From IMG/VR virus record IMGVR_UViG_3300032213_003144, positions 106,426-170,425 of that record: a DNA stretch of 64,000 nt, one strand, 5' to 3'. Every line of letters begins with the position of its first letter. The stretch's first letter is position 1. The stretch comes from a virus. The notes beneath the pieces were generated by a model. The model worked only from the letters and a program-made list of their open reading frames with translations. It was not told where the DNA came from and ran no database searches. Position numbers and translations under genes: made by a program. Positions 26,501 to 35,206 of the stretch are shown here, piece after piece.

Positions 26501-28619
26501 GGATGGGTGGGATGGTGTTGAGGTTACTGAAGTTGATTTGTCATCAGACATTCTGCCAACTGAATCACACCTAAAAGGTTCTTCTATAGACAAAGTCGTA
26601 TCTGGTCAGGAGCCATTTAGAGAGGGCTATTACCCGAACCTCGTAATTGACGTAGATGGGAAGATGTACATATCGGATGGTCATAATAGAGTCGCCATGA
26701 ATAGGGCTCTTGGAAATCAGACAATCCAAGCTCGAGTTATAGACCTTAGAAAGATTGAACAACCATGGGGCGAACAGAAGCCAGGTAAATCAAACTATGG
26801 TGGATACGACCTAGTTGAGCCAGACAATCCACTGCCAGAAAGCGGAAAGTACGCAGAAGATGTTGTTGACGCAGCAGACAAGCAACGAGAAAAACTAAAG
26901 CCTGTAGAGAAAGAAATAACCAAAACCCTAATCGACCTTTCCAACAAACATGGCGCTGTAATGATTGGTCTCGCTGCACGATTTAAATCAGTTAAATCTC
27001 TAGCGAGAAAGATAAATGACGAAAGAGGAAGCAGGACTGCCGAAGAGGCAGCTGCAGACATGTCTGATGTAATCAGGTACACGATGACATACACTCCAGA
27101 AAACTATGTGAGTGGAGCAAAATCTGTAATCGACGAATTGCAGTCAGCTGGATATAGGCTTACTGTTAAAAACTACTGGAAAACAGGCGACCCATATCAG
27201 GGGATAAATATTGCTGCAGTACATCCTGACGGAACCAGATTTGAGTTGCAATTTCATACCCCACAGTCTGCAGTGGAAAAAGAAGTAATTCACAAGGTCT
27301 ATGACGAATACAGGGTTGAAACTGACCCCAAAAAGCGTTGGAAGCTATACGACCGTATGACAAGAATGGCAGAACGAATTGATATTCCGGTTGAACCAGG
27401 TATTCAGGATATAGGTGAAACCAGATTCCAAGATTTCTCCCTTGCTTCCGGTGCTCAAATAGATAAGCCAGAAGCACCAGTACGGCAGTCAGGCGCAACC
27501 AAGAAAATAACCAACAGCGAAACAGTGGTAGACGAAAGCACTGGTCGCTCTGTTGGTAAAAATAGAGATAAAAAAGAAAGCACAAAGAAAGATGTTGCTG
27601 CTGAATGGTTCTCTTCGTTTAAGAGTTTTGAATCACCGGATTTTGGTAAGAATAAAGATGAATATGGAAGAATGCGAAAATACTACGAGAGCGTTGGTCT
27701 TACCAAGGACGTCAGAGACGACCTTATGCCGGTCTCTGGATATCTGGTTCACAAATCTGATATTCAGAAAAAGAAAAATGATGTTATAAAAAATAGAGTT
27801 GGCAACGTGGGCCCAGACGCAGTATTTGAGGTGCAAGATAACGACATAGTTGGTGACGGATTGACTTCCCTTGGTGATGTCGAGATAGTTCTGAAGCCAG
27901 AGGTATCAAAGAGGACCTCATATGGCAGAGGTTCTGGTATAAAGAATGGGCATAGACCGGTAAGGATGGACTCTACGTCTAGGGATGATATAGCGCATGC
28001 TGTTTCGTACTCTCAAAATTCCAACACCAACGCTGATTCCTCTGATGCACTGGTTAACCTCCTTGCCTCATCTATCGACGGGGATTTTTCAAGAGTATCC
28101 AGGAGTAGTAAAACAAAAGGAAACGAGAACTTCGAAGCACACATACTTGGCGGTTTTGATGCCGATGAGGTTGATTCAATTAACTACCCATATTCGAAAC
28201 TCTCAAAATTAAGCGAAAAAGAAGATATTTCAGACGTGGTAAACGATAAATCAATCGCTGCCTCACTTAGGGATATGGGATTCACTCAGGCAGAAATAGA
28301 TTACTTCTACTCGGTTGGTGGACCTGGTCAGATAAATACCGAAAGTATGGCGAAACTGCGCGAATACAGAATGTCGAAGAAAGTCAAAAATGAGTACTCA
28401 AGGCTTGGTTTCTCAAAGGTCAAAATTGCCCACCCACAAGGATTGAACATCGAGAACCCAAGAACTCATTCAAAAGCTTCTCGTGGGATAGAGGATATTG
28501 AGAGTCTTCTCAAGAAAGAAATAGCTACAGAGATAAAGAAGACCGTAGAGGAACTACTAAAGGAAATGCGCAAGGGTCAGAAGCCAAGAGTTGTCTCAAA
28601 GGTTGGTTCCGGAATATGA
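20520..28619 (+). CDS. Giant putative polyprotein: HExxH zincin, coiled coil, degenerate ART-like region, two ParB/Srx-like domains, RelA/SpoT-type synthetase, DUF3626-like C-terminus
   Basis: HEIAH; IVDGHHR and ISDGHNR; RFKSVKSLARK/DVIRYT/YQGIN/ELQFHT; VLKPEVSKRTS...FEAHILGG. Confidence 0.85.
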   Translation: MTGDRNKTRVIVSQRLISPLSCCNNFNSKALEFRSSVVQSLSSSRLDADAAVKAAMGKKPTYEDTDNRKREFTGTTKPGVTEIAPGIRVEGNQAWEEGRGLVLYPSWKSKRSMDLDANFGWIKTEKDIDFQAAQKKRKEKPQLQFTKYQVSKKTGDVIPDSEVNIDMAYPHLGLSRAQRRKKNNYISNPKMEFKAGLPGRSLESRVPGGNLLARTAGRFGIMRDAANKFRCPPGTPAANQFTDHLGSNCFGVSAERAAKFIAEKISDLMKVNDDSISLSSGAKSTWRERLGLARPDVELPGRSPSFDLETGDRIPTTPAEIVDVPGRLRWFKNATVNAQRNLARSESVIQKLESRMVTGDFTPEQRAVNADRHALLQILSNRGIWDINIEGRLSESEVNELIASRLESIPEWSSLTDEEKLALFTADKKRFYETERAMLDSLLEQFVIRPEHMRTIGTVQFRQAALPGNSEADTLWDAGTKGAEIKSVIRINLAQIMENQESLIPNMSASERLVISAVGAKTDAEALASVADFLINTEYTARGMAGLIDGPRSFARHIMLHEIAHTIQGEAFLATIKQQIDAVGYVQVPVVKDGKFTGALKEVSDFKKLTGMDLSALVISSQDDINLTALEETMSKIENVAFLAGSYPGQYKNPEKMEVYALESTAELWGLREEGLIFGDDIDDALGFMDDAIGAKASEARAATDLEMLEKLEESYFSPYERGEDVLPIRKHLRSAIELDKKAIAIKREEREIAAHREEIKDLDQDGLAEKLADTIFEIEIRKDILSNLEKERIDTEKAGLPLESIDEEIERIKSPLRLLEKKKQIEIAKNRDFNSDGKSKSDKEITDMALEINRAKTPATEEMVKRRETEARIDSLRSEAESLDEKSLMKTIADYDLKASSLKPDSDEYITAVADREIFIQQHIANQRAAGDTRPERAIRNELKAEITKEITASRKAVDEAKRGKLKPQKMKSKEQIAQNAKKERAKLRRNITKQQFEAVKEIDDFNTAEITQMLEPEKQVVIGRAINKRNNRLKRLGLESDPSSVDEGSLDEQVENILIPAMEAIDASDITTPFEMEVFLDSSKLSRVKPGKEIDIDSFGQGKVLSRSMKPGKPEKGSKKKRVVVQVKEGDRGLFPLAKKGDDQQFVIPPGKLRVVGRDKDGSLIVEISSQKDTVDVLDDLSKSIGDGPGDAIWRQGAKKKIQLVADRHAVKRKDEVSGTKSDDAIKVTETSESVVSEVSTAGAEFGETSSEKFLTLSSSAELTTESLRTKRHEKYGEVIGKPGERSESLKSSIAALMDEDRNLAASVEEILDNESNEQIIERIETAAQKLHSGFDRRVRVRMNEDDIRELAEQRKIRAIRNTDSSVSSGMSRRTERLSLSSGEKKMSRKDTEEAFAKRVKERITTKLSRIPPPKLEEGLSPSEEEKAIRKHVDKWFDNLTDAELAELGAKRFYLPDGTPLLSKTTGRVIYQTENNEVAASLLSLGQTVEMPEHKRGESLMVKQAASQIKKALKELAKENPGQIVTADLCKFYVEGKNVFCSENLKVDRLEMPQVGGRAVNNESMALRLWGSGLATAETVEAHPAFENGKLTVGLKARLATLENGTMEAEELEKDIEVLQLIGTGYEGAGVEQIAITPEQQRVMDKYGVTITARELKRLGEKWNRTATARIEGKEPDPSDELTDIERKNFFDNIDYSMIEPDGVDAFTNFLKMLGVGIQEDRVTKPDELMASQRELDGPKVDNISENILQAVKKLTEIKDPAEKKKEIERLRREHGLFKKILISKEGYIVDGHHRIIGKIVTNGVLSEDIPGLDQDDLDILGLPVRQIDMGIIELLTVSRIYQDFLGIKPASLSATDDDSFKTAGVVGKKSKKIITDAEDMHGIDKIPKITQQEFDDEHEKLKTQLEEKTDEIYARGQFIQVDSVGLNNTKESKLYKEVQLKRQKEATARVDAGKARSPGLKENRDRSVREYGMKWKPEYSEVKSVEESKAWDGWDGVEVTEVDLSSDILPTESHLKGSSIDKVVSGQEPFREGYYPNLVIDVDGKMYISDGHNRVAMNRALGNQTIQARVIDLRKIEQPWGEQKPGKSNYGGYDLVEPDNPLPESGKYAEDVVDAADKQREKLKPVEKEITKTLIDLSNKHGAVMIGLAARFKSVKSLARKINDERGSRTAEEAAADMSDVIRYTMTYTPENYVSGAKSVIDELQSAGYRLTVKNYWKTGDPYQGINIAAVHPDGTRFELQFHTPQSAVEKEVIHKVYDEYRVETDPKKRWKLYDRMTRMAERIDIPVEPGIQDIGETRFQDFSLASGAQIDKPEAPVRQSGATKKITNSETVVDESTGRSVGKNRDKKESTKKDVAAEWFSSFKSFESPDFGKNKDEYGRMRKYYESVGLTKDVRDDLMPVSGYLVHKSDIQKKKNDVIKNRVGNVGPDAVFEVQDNDIVGDGLTSLGDVEIVLKPEVSKRTSYGRGSGIKNGHRPVRMDSTSRDDIAHAVSYSQNSNTNADSSDALVNLLASSIDGDFSRVSRSSKTKGNENFEAHILGGFDADEVDSINYPYSKLSKLSEKEDISDVVNDKSIAASLRDMGFTQAEIDYFYSVGGPGQINTESMAKLREYRMSKKVKNEYSRLGFSKVKIAHPQGLNIENPRTHSKASRGIEDIESLLKKEIATEIKKTVEELLKEMRKGQKPRVVSKVGSGI

Positions 28620-29116
28620 AAGCAGCACTAGTTGGCTCATCTAGTGGTAGCAAGCTTTACTACATTATCGACGCGTCCGTCGACGATATGGATGGGGCAA
28701 TAGAAAAAGATGATGGAACGGTGATTATGGTTGATTTTCAGTCACATGTTGCTAGGGCGAGAAATATAAAGAGAATTAAAACTACCCCATTCCATAAGGT
28801 CTTCTGGGATGGGGATGATGGTGAGAATGAAAAAACATGGGAAATGATATTTATTCAAAAAAGTAAAGAGATACCAAAAGAAGTTCTAGTTGGCGTAAAC
28901 ATTCAGACATCACTTGGCAGAAATAAGAGGAATATCTCCCAAAAAAATGAAGACGCTTTAAGATTCAGTAAATCAGCAAAAAAATTATCCAGTAAATCAT
29001 GCTGTGATGGACAAGTGGTAAAGTCTATTAAGAACAAATTAATGCGATTTTCCTCATCCGAGGAGAGAAAGTCTATGTGGACAGCCATGTCCATACTTAG
29101 GGAGATTGAAGAATAA
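28616..29116 (+). CDS. Hypothetical protein
   Basis: ATGA overlap with the upstream stop. Confidence 0.7.
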   Translation: MKAALVGSSSGSKLYYIIDASVDDMDGAIEKDDGTVIMVDFQSHVARARNIKRIKTTPFHKVFWDGDDGENEKTWEMIFIQKSKEIPKEVLVGVNIQTSLGRNKRNISQKNEDALRFSKSAKKLSSKSCCDGQVVKSIKNKLMRFSSSEERKSMWTAMSILREIEE

Positions 29117-29760
29117 TGACAAGCGAAAACATTAAAGCCGACCCACTTGGCGGAATACTCCCACAGGAGCTTGTCACTGGAGACATCCTAAGAGGCCATG
29201 GACCACGACGGGGCAACCTAGAGCGTCTGCTGCGCTACTGGCGACCAATCATGAAGAAGCCAGGCGGTTTTAGGCGCTGCAGATTGATACTTGCTAACCA
29301 CCCAGAGCTCTACCCACTCTCCAATATATGTGCTTGGCTTCACCATGAGACAACTGGTCTGTGGCCAAATGAGGGATGTCATCACCCAACAATGAAGAAC
29401 TGCAGAAAAAAACTTCGGAAACTCACAAACTGGACCGACTCTCAATTCAGTTCATCACTGTCTGGGAAAAAACCCAAGAATGTCGTACGCGAGATTGGCG
29501 GAAATAAGTCTTTAGAAGAAGATGTTTTCTTTCATGATTTTGAAAATCAAGAATTTCAATTTAAATCAGTGGTGACCGAAAACGACGTAATGCACGCCAT
29601 TGAAGTTTTGAGAGACTTTCTCGAGATGGAAGATTCTTTTTGCAAGATGCTAAGAGACGACAAGAACTGGGAAATTTCAGGAGAAGACGAAAACGGCCAA
29701 GAGAAGTCCATGCCTTACGAGAACACAAAGTCACTCGAGGAAGAGTGTTGTGGAAATTAA
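29116..29760 (+). CDS. Conserved phage head-region protein with Cys/His motif
   Basis: LLRYW...PGGFRRC...ICAWLHHETTGLWP; translationally coupled. Confidence 0.65.
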   Translation: MTSENIKADPLGGILPQELVTGDILRGHGPRRGNLERLLRYWRPIMKKPGGFRRCRLILANHPELYPLSNICAWLHHETTGLWPNEGCHHPTMKNCRKKLRKLTNWTDSQFSSSLSGKKPKNVVREIGGNKSLEEDVFFHDFENQEFQFKSVVTENDVMHAIEVLRDFLEMEDSFCKMLRDDKNWEISGEDENGQEKSMPYENTKSLEEECCGN

Positions 29761-31744
29761 TCAAGACTGCTGCCCTGAAGTAAAGGTGAAGCGGACGATA
29801 GTTGCTGACTTATTTATCAAATCAAACACTGACGCCATACGTGGCATAGGTGCAGTCAATCAACTATTCGTTGACTACAAAGCAGTATCAAGATTGAATG
29901 GGAATACCAGAAGAAAAGATGATAACTCGATTCAATTTAAGGCTAATGCGGTAAGAAAACTAGGCTCGACTTTGACAAGTCTCGCGATACCTGGTGACTC
30001 CGACCCACTTAACTCACCGATTCGCTCTACCGTCTACAGAACATTAACCCCAGGAAAGCCAGGAATACCCGGAAGCATGCCAATGAAGCCAAACCGCGGA
30101 TATAGATGCCCAGAGGGGTATCAGTTCGGCGGCCGATTCACGGACTCCCGTCTCTCCACGTGTGGAGCAAAGCTGTTTGATATTCCATCCCCTCTTGGTC
30201 TTGCGATTAGTGCGGTAAGAAGAGCAATAAGAGGAAACGTGAGTCGTACGAGCGGTAGAGACATAACAGGAGTTGCCGCTCCGAGTTCTATCATTTCATC
30301 ACGAGCACCACAAATACCAAAAGTAACTCTTGATAATCCTTCAGCAAGAAGAACAGGCTCTTCGTCCCTCGTTAATGAGATAGGAAAATACAACAAATCC
30401 TCTAATGAACTTATTCGCAGAATGGTCAGACGTGACGGATTCGTCCTAGAGCCAGTAGTTCCAGACAAAGTGTTGAGAGCCATCCCAGACAACAGGGACA
30501 TGGAGGGCGCTACATATATTCGTTCATTACTGACAATGGAAGATGTTGGAAATGAAGAACTTGGAATGCTTTCAAACACAGGCGTTACATCTCTAATTTA
30601 CGTAATGCCAGGCGGTTCAACAATCAGTCTAGAGAAGGCACGAAAGTTAACGGTTGGTGAAAGAAGAAAACTGGGCAGAACTATAAGTACTGCGATGTCC
30701 AACCCTGTTGGCAAAGACCCTTCTTCGCGTCTTAAGTTCGTTGCGAATGAGATGGGTGATGGAATCAGGTATTCCGAAGATTTCCGTGGAGTAAAGAACC
30801 CAAACAGTTTGATTTCGGGAAGTCCAAAGTGGGTTAATGACCTGATAAAGAACAGGAAGATATCTTCTCCAAAGATACCTAGCTCTACGAGCCCATTAAA
30901 AGAAGACAAAAATGTGAAGTTGATAACCAACCTAGAGCAAGCAATAAATCACATTGCAAATGGCGGGAAACTGTCAGAGATTTCTCCAGAGATAATTGAA
31001 CAGATACTCCGCGACCCATCAATATTGGCAAGACAGGAACTTTCGGATGCCGTTTCATTGGTCGCTGCCGGGGATGGCAAATGGTTTCTTTACAAGGACC
31101 CAAAGGCGTTCCAGCATTTGGCTGAAAGATTTGCCTCGAGCTTACAGAAAAAACTCGGTCTACAGTCTCCAGATGTTGTATTTGCTGCAGGAAAGAACAA
31201 CAACAGAATGTATATGAGACAGGATATCGAAAGCGTAATACCTGGCTCCAAGTTCAATCCAAATATAAAATTCAACGACCTAGAGCCTCTTGATGTTGCA
31301 AGAATTATGGTTTCAGACTATCTGACTGACCAAAGAGAAAGACCAATGACGTCGATATATCCAGTCGACACAAGCGAGGGTGTTCGCGCAATTGTGGCCA
31401 ATAACAACTCGTCAGGACTTGTTGACCTATCAAAAATAGAAATTACAAAGAGAATGAAGATGGCAATTGACAACTACTACGAGTCACAGTTAATACCTTC
31501 CTATTCAGAGTACTACCAGGCCTTGAAGGTTGAACAGAGAATCATATTTATGAAGTACCTATCCCAACTTATAAACAGGGCACGCTCAATTAACAAGCAA
31601 GAACTACTTGGTGAACTTGATAAATATGGACTCTCTACTGGAGAGAAAATACACATAAACATCATCGACAAATTATTCTCACTGAGAATCGAATCACTAA
31701 ATTCCCAAAAAGAAAAACTCAAATCAGTAGTACGCGGCGGGTAA
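29750..31744 (+). CDS. Head-region protein with N-terminal CPxG module and degenerate HipA/PI3-4-kinase-like C-terminus
   Basis: YRCPEGYQFGGRFT; HLAERFAS...LGLQSPDV, SDYLTDQRER, IVANNN resemble HipA-like kinase motifs with catalytic substitutions. Confidence 0.6.
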   Translation: MEINQDCCPEVKVKRTIVADLFIKSNTDAIRGIGAVNQLFVDYKAVSRLNGNTRRKDDNSIQFKANAVRKLGSTLTSLAIPGDSDPLNSPIRSTVYRTLTPGKPGIPGSMPMKPNRGYRCPEGYQFGGRFTDSRLSTCGAKLFDIPSPLGLAISAVRRAIRGNVSRTSGRDITGVAAPSSIISSRAPQIPKVTLDNPSARRTGSSSLVNEIGKYNKSSNELIRRMVRRDGFVLEPVVPDKVLRAIPDNRDMEGATYIRSLLTMEDVGNEELGMLSNTGVTSLIYVMPGGSTISLEKARKLTVGERRKLGRTISTAMSNPVGKDPSSRLKFVANEMGDGIRYSEDFRGVKNPNSLISGSPKWVNDLIKNRKISSPKIPSSTSPLKEDKNVKLITNLEQAINHIANGGKLSEISPEIIEQILRDPSILARQELSDAVSLVAAGDGKWFLYKDPKAFQHLAERFASSLQKKLGLQSPDVVFAAGKNNNRMYMRQDIESVIPGSKFNPNIKFNDLEPLDVARIMVSDYLTDQRERPMTSIYPVDTSEGVRAIVANNNSSGLVDLSKIEITKRMKMAIDNYYESQLIPSYSEYYQALKVEQRIIFMKYLSQLINRARSINKQELLGELDKYGLSTGEKIHINIIDKLFSLRIESLNSQKEKLKSVVRGG

Positions 31745-31747
31745 CCC

Positions 31748-32500
31748 ATGAAAACATATGCGGTAATAAAAGATTCAGTAAGAAATACACCACTCGTTAT
31801 AGCTGTTCGGGAAGAGGGGATGGTTTCTGTTCACGGTATCAATGAGTACGGTAAGTCGGTCACTCAGCACATTCTCAAGAGTGGCTCAATTGACAGCAAG
31901 TCAATGCCTGATGGGGTTGAAATAACTGAATTTAAGTCAATTACTGGCAATACAGCTGCTCTTTTTGAGAGCTACATCAGCAAGTCGATAATGAACGTAC
32001 CAATTACTGAGTCAATTATCAATACCGAATTTGACAAAAAGACACGTGGGAAATCGTTCAAGGAAAGAAGCATTCTCTCCGAGGGTAAGGAGTCATCCCA
32101 GCATTCAGGCAAGCAGATACGCAAGTTCTCAAATGTAACAGCAAAAATTAATATGGTTGCATTTAAGGCCGGCTCATTTAAGAGTAGATTAAAAAAGAGT
32201 TCTGTCATAACATCGCTGTCTGCTTACGGAGTTGGGTTTGATTCGTCTGCGAACAAAATCGTGCAGAAAGATTCAAAGAGAATCACCAATCACACCATAG
32301 ACAAAATCAATGATTATGTCGGTGAAGGACAAATGAGAAGGTTTGCCAGAAAGACAATGGTGAGCAATTTAGACGGAACCAGACTCACCAGACGTTCAAG
32401 TGCATTGTCTAAAAAAATTGAAGAAATTTCAGAAAAGTCAGTAAGACCTGAACATAGATATTCTGAATCAATCAAGTCAAGACTCAAGAGACTCTCATGA
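31748..32500 (+). CDS. Hypothetical protein
   Basis: 250-aa ORF in the operon. Confidence 0.7.
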   Translation: MKTYAVIKDSVRNTPLVIAVREEGMVSVHGINEYGKSVTQHILKSGSIDSKSMPDGVEITEFKSITGNTAALFESYISKSIMNVPITESIINTEFDKKTRGKSFKERSILSEGKESSQHSGKQIRKFSNVTAKINMVAFKAGSFKSRLKKSSVITSLSAYGVGFDSSANKIVQKDSKRITNHTIDKINDYVGEGQMRRFARKTMVSNLDGTRLTRRSSALSKKIEEISEKSVRPEHRYSESIKSRLKRLS

Positions 32501-33582
32501 GCGAGAGAAAAAGGAAATCTACATACACAAACCCAAAGCTGCGCGAACGTCTTAAGAACAGAATCATGAGCGGCTCCCTTGGTGGCCGAAGCGGTCAGTG
32601 GTCAGCGAGAAAAGCTCAGCTCCTTGCTGCTGCATATAAGAAAAATGGTGGTGGATACCGTGGCGGGAAGTCGAAGACGCAGCGCTCCCTCTCTGATTGG
32701 ACCAAGGAAAAATGGACTACATCTGACGGAAAGCCGGCCATTAGAGATAGTGGGACGACTCGGTATCTACCTAAAAAGGCATGGTCAAAACTTAGTGACG
32801 CTCAGAAAAAAGCAACGAATACAAAAAAGAAAAAAGGAAGCAAACTTGGAAAACAGTTTGTTGCAAATACCCAGGCCGCAGCCGATGCTGGTCGCTCTGC
32901 GCGGAAAAGCTACTTTGTCGACTCGGATGCTGAAACCAAGTCTCTAAATCTCTTTAATGAAATAAGAATAAAATCAGATAAGAAACTTCAAGAAGCGATG
33001 GATGTCGCAAAAATGATTGGTTGTTCTGGTGTCCACAAGGACAAGGACGGCAATTGGATGCCATGCTCGACAATGGAAGAGATGGACAGAATCTCCAACC
33101 TCGCAGAAGGCCCCAAGTGGAGAACCGTTGTTCCCGAGTCATCTGGTCCCAAGACCAGAGCAAAGGGAAGAAGAAGGCAAATAATGAACCCGAACCAACA
33201 ATTTGAGGAATTACAAGAAAAACCAATAAGGGGCATAGTTGGTGTTCCAGGGGTTGGGATAGTCTCCGGGAAGTCAATTGGCCCAGAATACGTTAATGAA
33301 AATGGGCCAGACGTTTTCCTAGACCAAGAATCAGCTAGGGCTCGTTCGCGTCAGCTTGGCTGCATAGGAATAAGCCGAAGAATGTCCAAAAATGGACGGG
33401 TTGTCTGGATGCCATGCACAAATATGACCGATTACGCGAACAGGGCTGGGTCAACATCACTGGGACGCAGAAACATTCAGAACAGAGAAAAAGAACGAAT
33501 GGAATCCGCAGTAAGAACAGTGCTCGCCAAGAAAAATCCAAAGGTTCCATTGAGCCAGAGATTGAACAAAAAAAGTAAATAA
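32497..33582 (+). CDS. Basic head-region protein (DUF5872-like N-terminus plus two GC..WMPC repeats)
   Basis: GQWSARKAQLLAAAYKKNGGGY, SLSDWTKEKW, RYLPKKAW; IGCSG..WMPC and LGCIG..WMPC. Confidence 0.7.
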   Translation: MSERKRKSTYTNPKLRERLKNRIMSGSLGGRSGQWSARKAQLLAAAYKKNGGGYRGGKSKTQRSLSDWTKEKWTTSDGKPAIRDSGTTRYLPKKAWSKLSDAQKKATNTKKKKGSKLGKQFVANTQAAADAGRSARKSYFVDSDAETKSLNLFNEIRIKSDKKLQEAMDVAKMIGCSGVHKDKDGNWMPCSTMEEMDRISNLAEGPKWRTVVPESSGPKTRAKGRRRQIMNPNQQFEELQEKPIRGIVGVPGVGIVSGKSIGPEYVNENGPDVFLDQESARARSRQLGCIGISRRMSKNGRVVWMPCTNMTDYANRAGSTSLGRRNIQNREKERMESAVRTVLAKKNPKVPLSQRLNKKSK

Positions 33583-33730
33583 TGTATTTACACACTTTTG
33601 TTGTGAAACTTAATTAGTTGCACTAAGTAGTGTCAAATATCTGTTAATTTTGATATCACAGGGCTGGGTGCTTACCTAAGCCACGGTAAGTAAACATAAT
33701 CAACCCTCACATCTCAATAGGAGAAAAAAT

Positions 33731-35098
33731 ATGTCGCAAGACAAAGCAAGAACAGAAGAGTTGCAATCAGCTCTTCGCACGAAAATGGCAGAGAATAAGG
33801 CCATTGCGGATTCATTCAAAGTTGAAGAAGGAACTGTCATAGTTTCGACAGACCAGAAATCAGCATTCGACAAGAACATGAGAGACATCAAGGAAATTAA
33901 GTCACTCTTGTCCGACCTTGAAACAATGGGCTCAGTAGAGTCATGGTCAAATCAGCCACAGGGCGAAACAGTTTCATCTGCTTACGCCGCTGCAGCTGCC
34001 GACATGAATCACCTGTCGTCACATGAAATCAAGTCAATTGGTCAGATGTTCCTTGACTCACCAGAGTTCAAGTCTTTGGCCAATGGTCGTAACGGTGCAA
34101 ACATGTCATCACCATGGCAAGTTGCAACTTCGTTGACAACACACAACTTCGGCATTCAGCAGAAGGACATTTACACAGCATTGCCAACAACATCAGTAAC
34201 AAACAGCCGCCTCGGTGAGTTTGGAACAGTTCAACGCGATGCCATGGTTCTTCCTCCAATGCGTACGAAGCGTGTCCGTGACTTGTTCCCAGTTCGTAGA
34301 ACAAACGCAGCAGTTATCGAGTACTTCCGTCAGCTTGGTTTTACAACCCTTCAAGCTGGTCATGGAACAAACTCGGCATCATCTGTTGCTGAAAGAACAA
34401 CAGCTGGAACAGCATTTGGTTTGAAGCCACAATCTTCATTCGCATTCGTTGGCGAGCAAGCTCCAATTCGCACATTGGCACACTGGGAAGCTGCACACCG
34501 CAACGTCCTCGCCGATGAGCCACAATTGCGCTCAATCATCGACAACGAACTGATGTACGGTCTCCGTCTTCTTGAGGATAATCAAATCCTCAACGGCAAC
34601 GGAACTGGCGAGAACCTTCTCGGTATTCTCCAGACACCAAACATCCAGAGCTACAGCTGGTCAAGCGGCGCAACCTTGCCGGTACCAGACACCAAGGCTG
34701 ATGCACTTCGCCGTGCAGCAACTCTATCGTTCTTGGCATACTACGAGCCATCTGGCATCGTTTTGCACCCGAACGACTGGGAAGATATCGAATTGACGAA
34801 GGACGTAAACGGCCAGTACTTGGTCGCTATGTCAGTCGCAATGGGCGGCGAGCCAAAGGTTTGGAGAATGCCAGTAATTGACACTCCAGCCATCACTGAA
34901 GGCCAAGCACTTGTTGGTGCCTTCGGAACCGGTGCTCAGTTGTACGACAGAGAAGAAGCAAGCATTCGCATCAGCGAACAGCACTCAGACTTCTTTGTCC
35001 GCAATGCGATTGTGGTTCTTGCAGAACAGAGACTTGCTCTCGCTGTCAAGCGCCCAGAAGCATTCGTCAAGGTGACATTCAACAACGCACCAGCGTGA
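33731..35098 (+). CDS. Major capsid protein (HK97 fold)
   Basis: N-terminal helical delta-like domain, VAE..LKPQS, EDNQILNGNGTG, VLHPNDW, FVRNAIVVLAEQRLALAVKRPEAFVK; strong AGGAG RBS. Confidence 0.95.
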   Translation: MSQDKARTEELQSALRTKMAENKAIADSFKVEEGTVIVSTDQKSAFDKNMRDIKEIKSLLSDLETMGSVESWSNQPQGETVSSAYAAAAADMNHLSSHEIKSIGQMFLDSPEFKSLANGRNGANMSSPWQVATSLTTHNFGIQQKDIYTALPTTSVTNSRLGEFGTVQRDAMVLPPMRTKRVRDLFPVRRTNAAVIEYFRQLGFTTLQAGHGTNSASSVAERTTAGTAFGLKPQSSFAFVGEQAPIRTLAHWEAAHRNVLADEPQLRSIIDNELMYGLRLLEDNQILNGNGTGENLLGILQTPNIQSYSWSSGATLPVPDTKADALRRAATLSFLAYYEPSGIVLHPNDWEDIELTKDVNGQYLVAMSVAMGGEPKVWRMPVIDTPAITEGQALVGAFGTGAQLYDREEASIRISEQHSDFFVRNAIVVLAEQRLALAVKRPEAFVKVTFNNAPA

Positions 35099-35128
35099 TA
35101 ACTGGCCCACAGGGCCTGAATTGAGTCT

Positions 35129-35174
35129 CACCCCCGAGAGTAGCCGTAATGGCGAAATCGGGGGTGTTTCTTTT
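35129..35174 (+). terminator. Intrinsic terminator after the capsid gene
   Basis: CACCCCCGA...TCGGGGGTG followed by TTTCTTTT. Confidence 0.8.
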
Positions 35175-35206
35175 ATACGGACATTTATGTGCGAGAATTG
35201 GTAATC

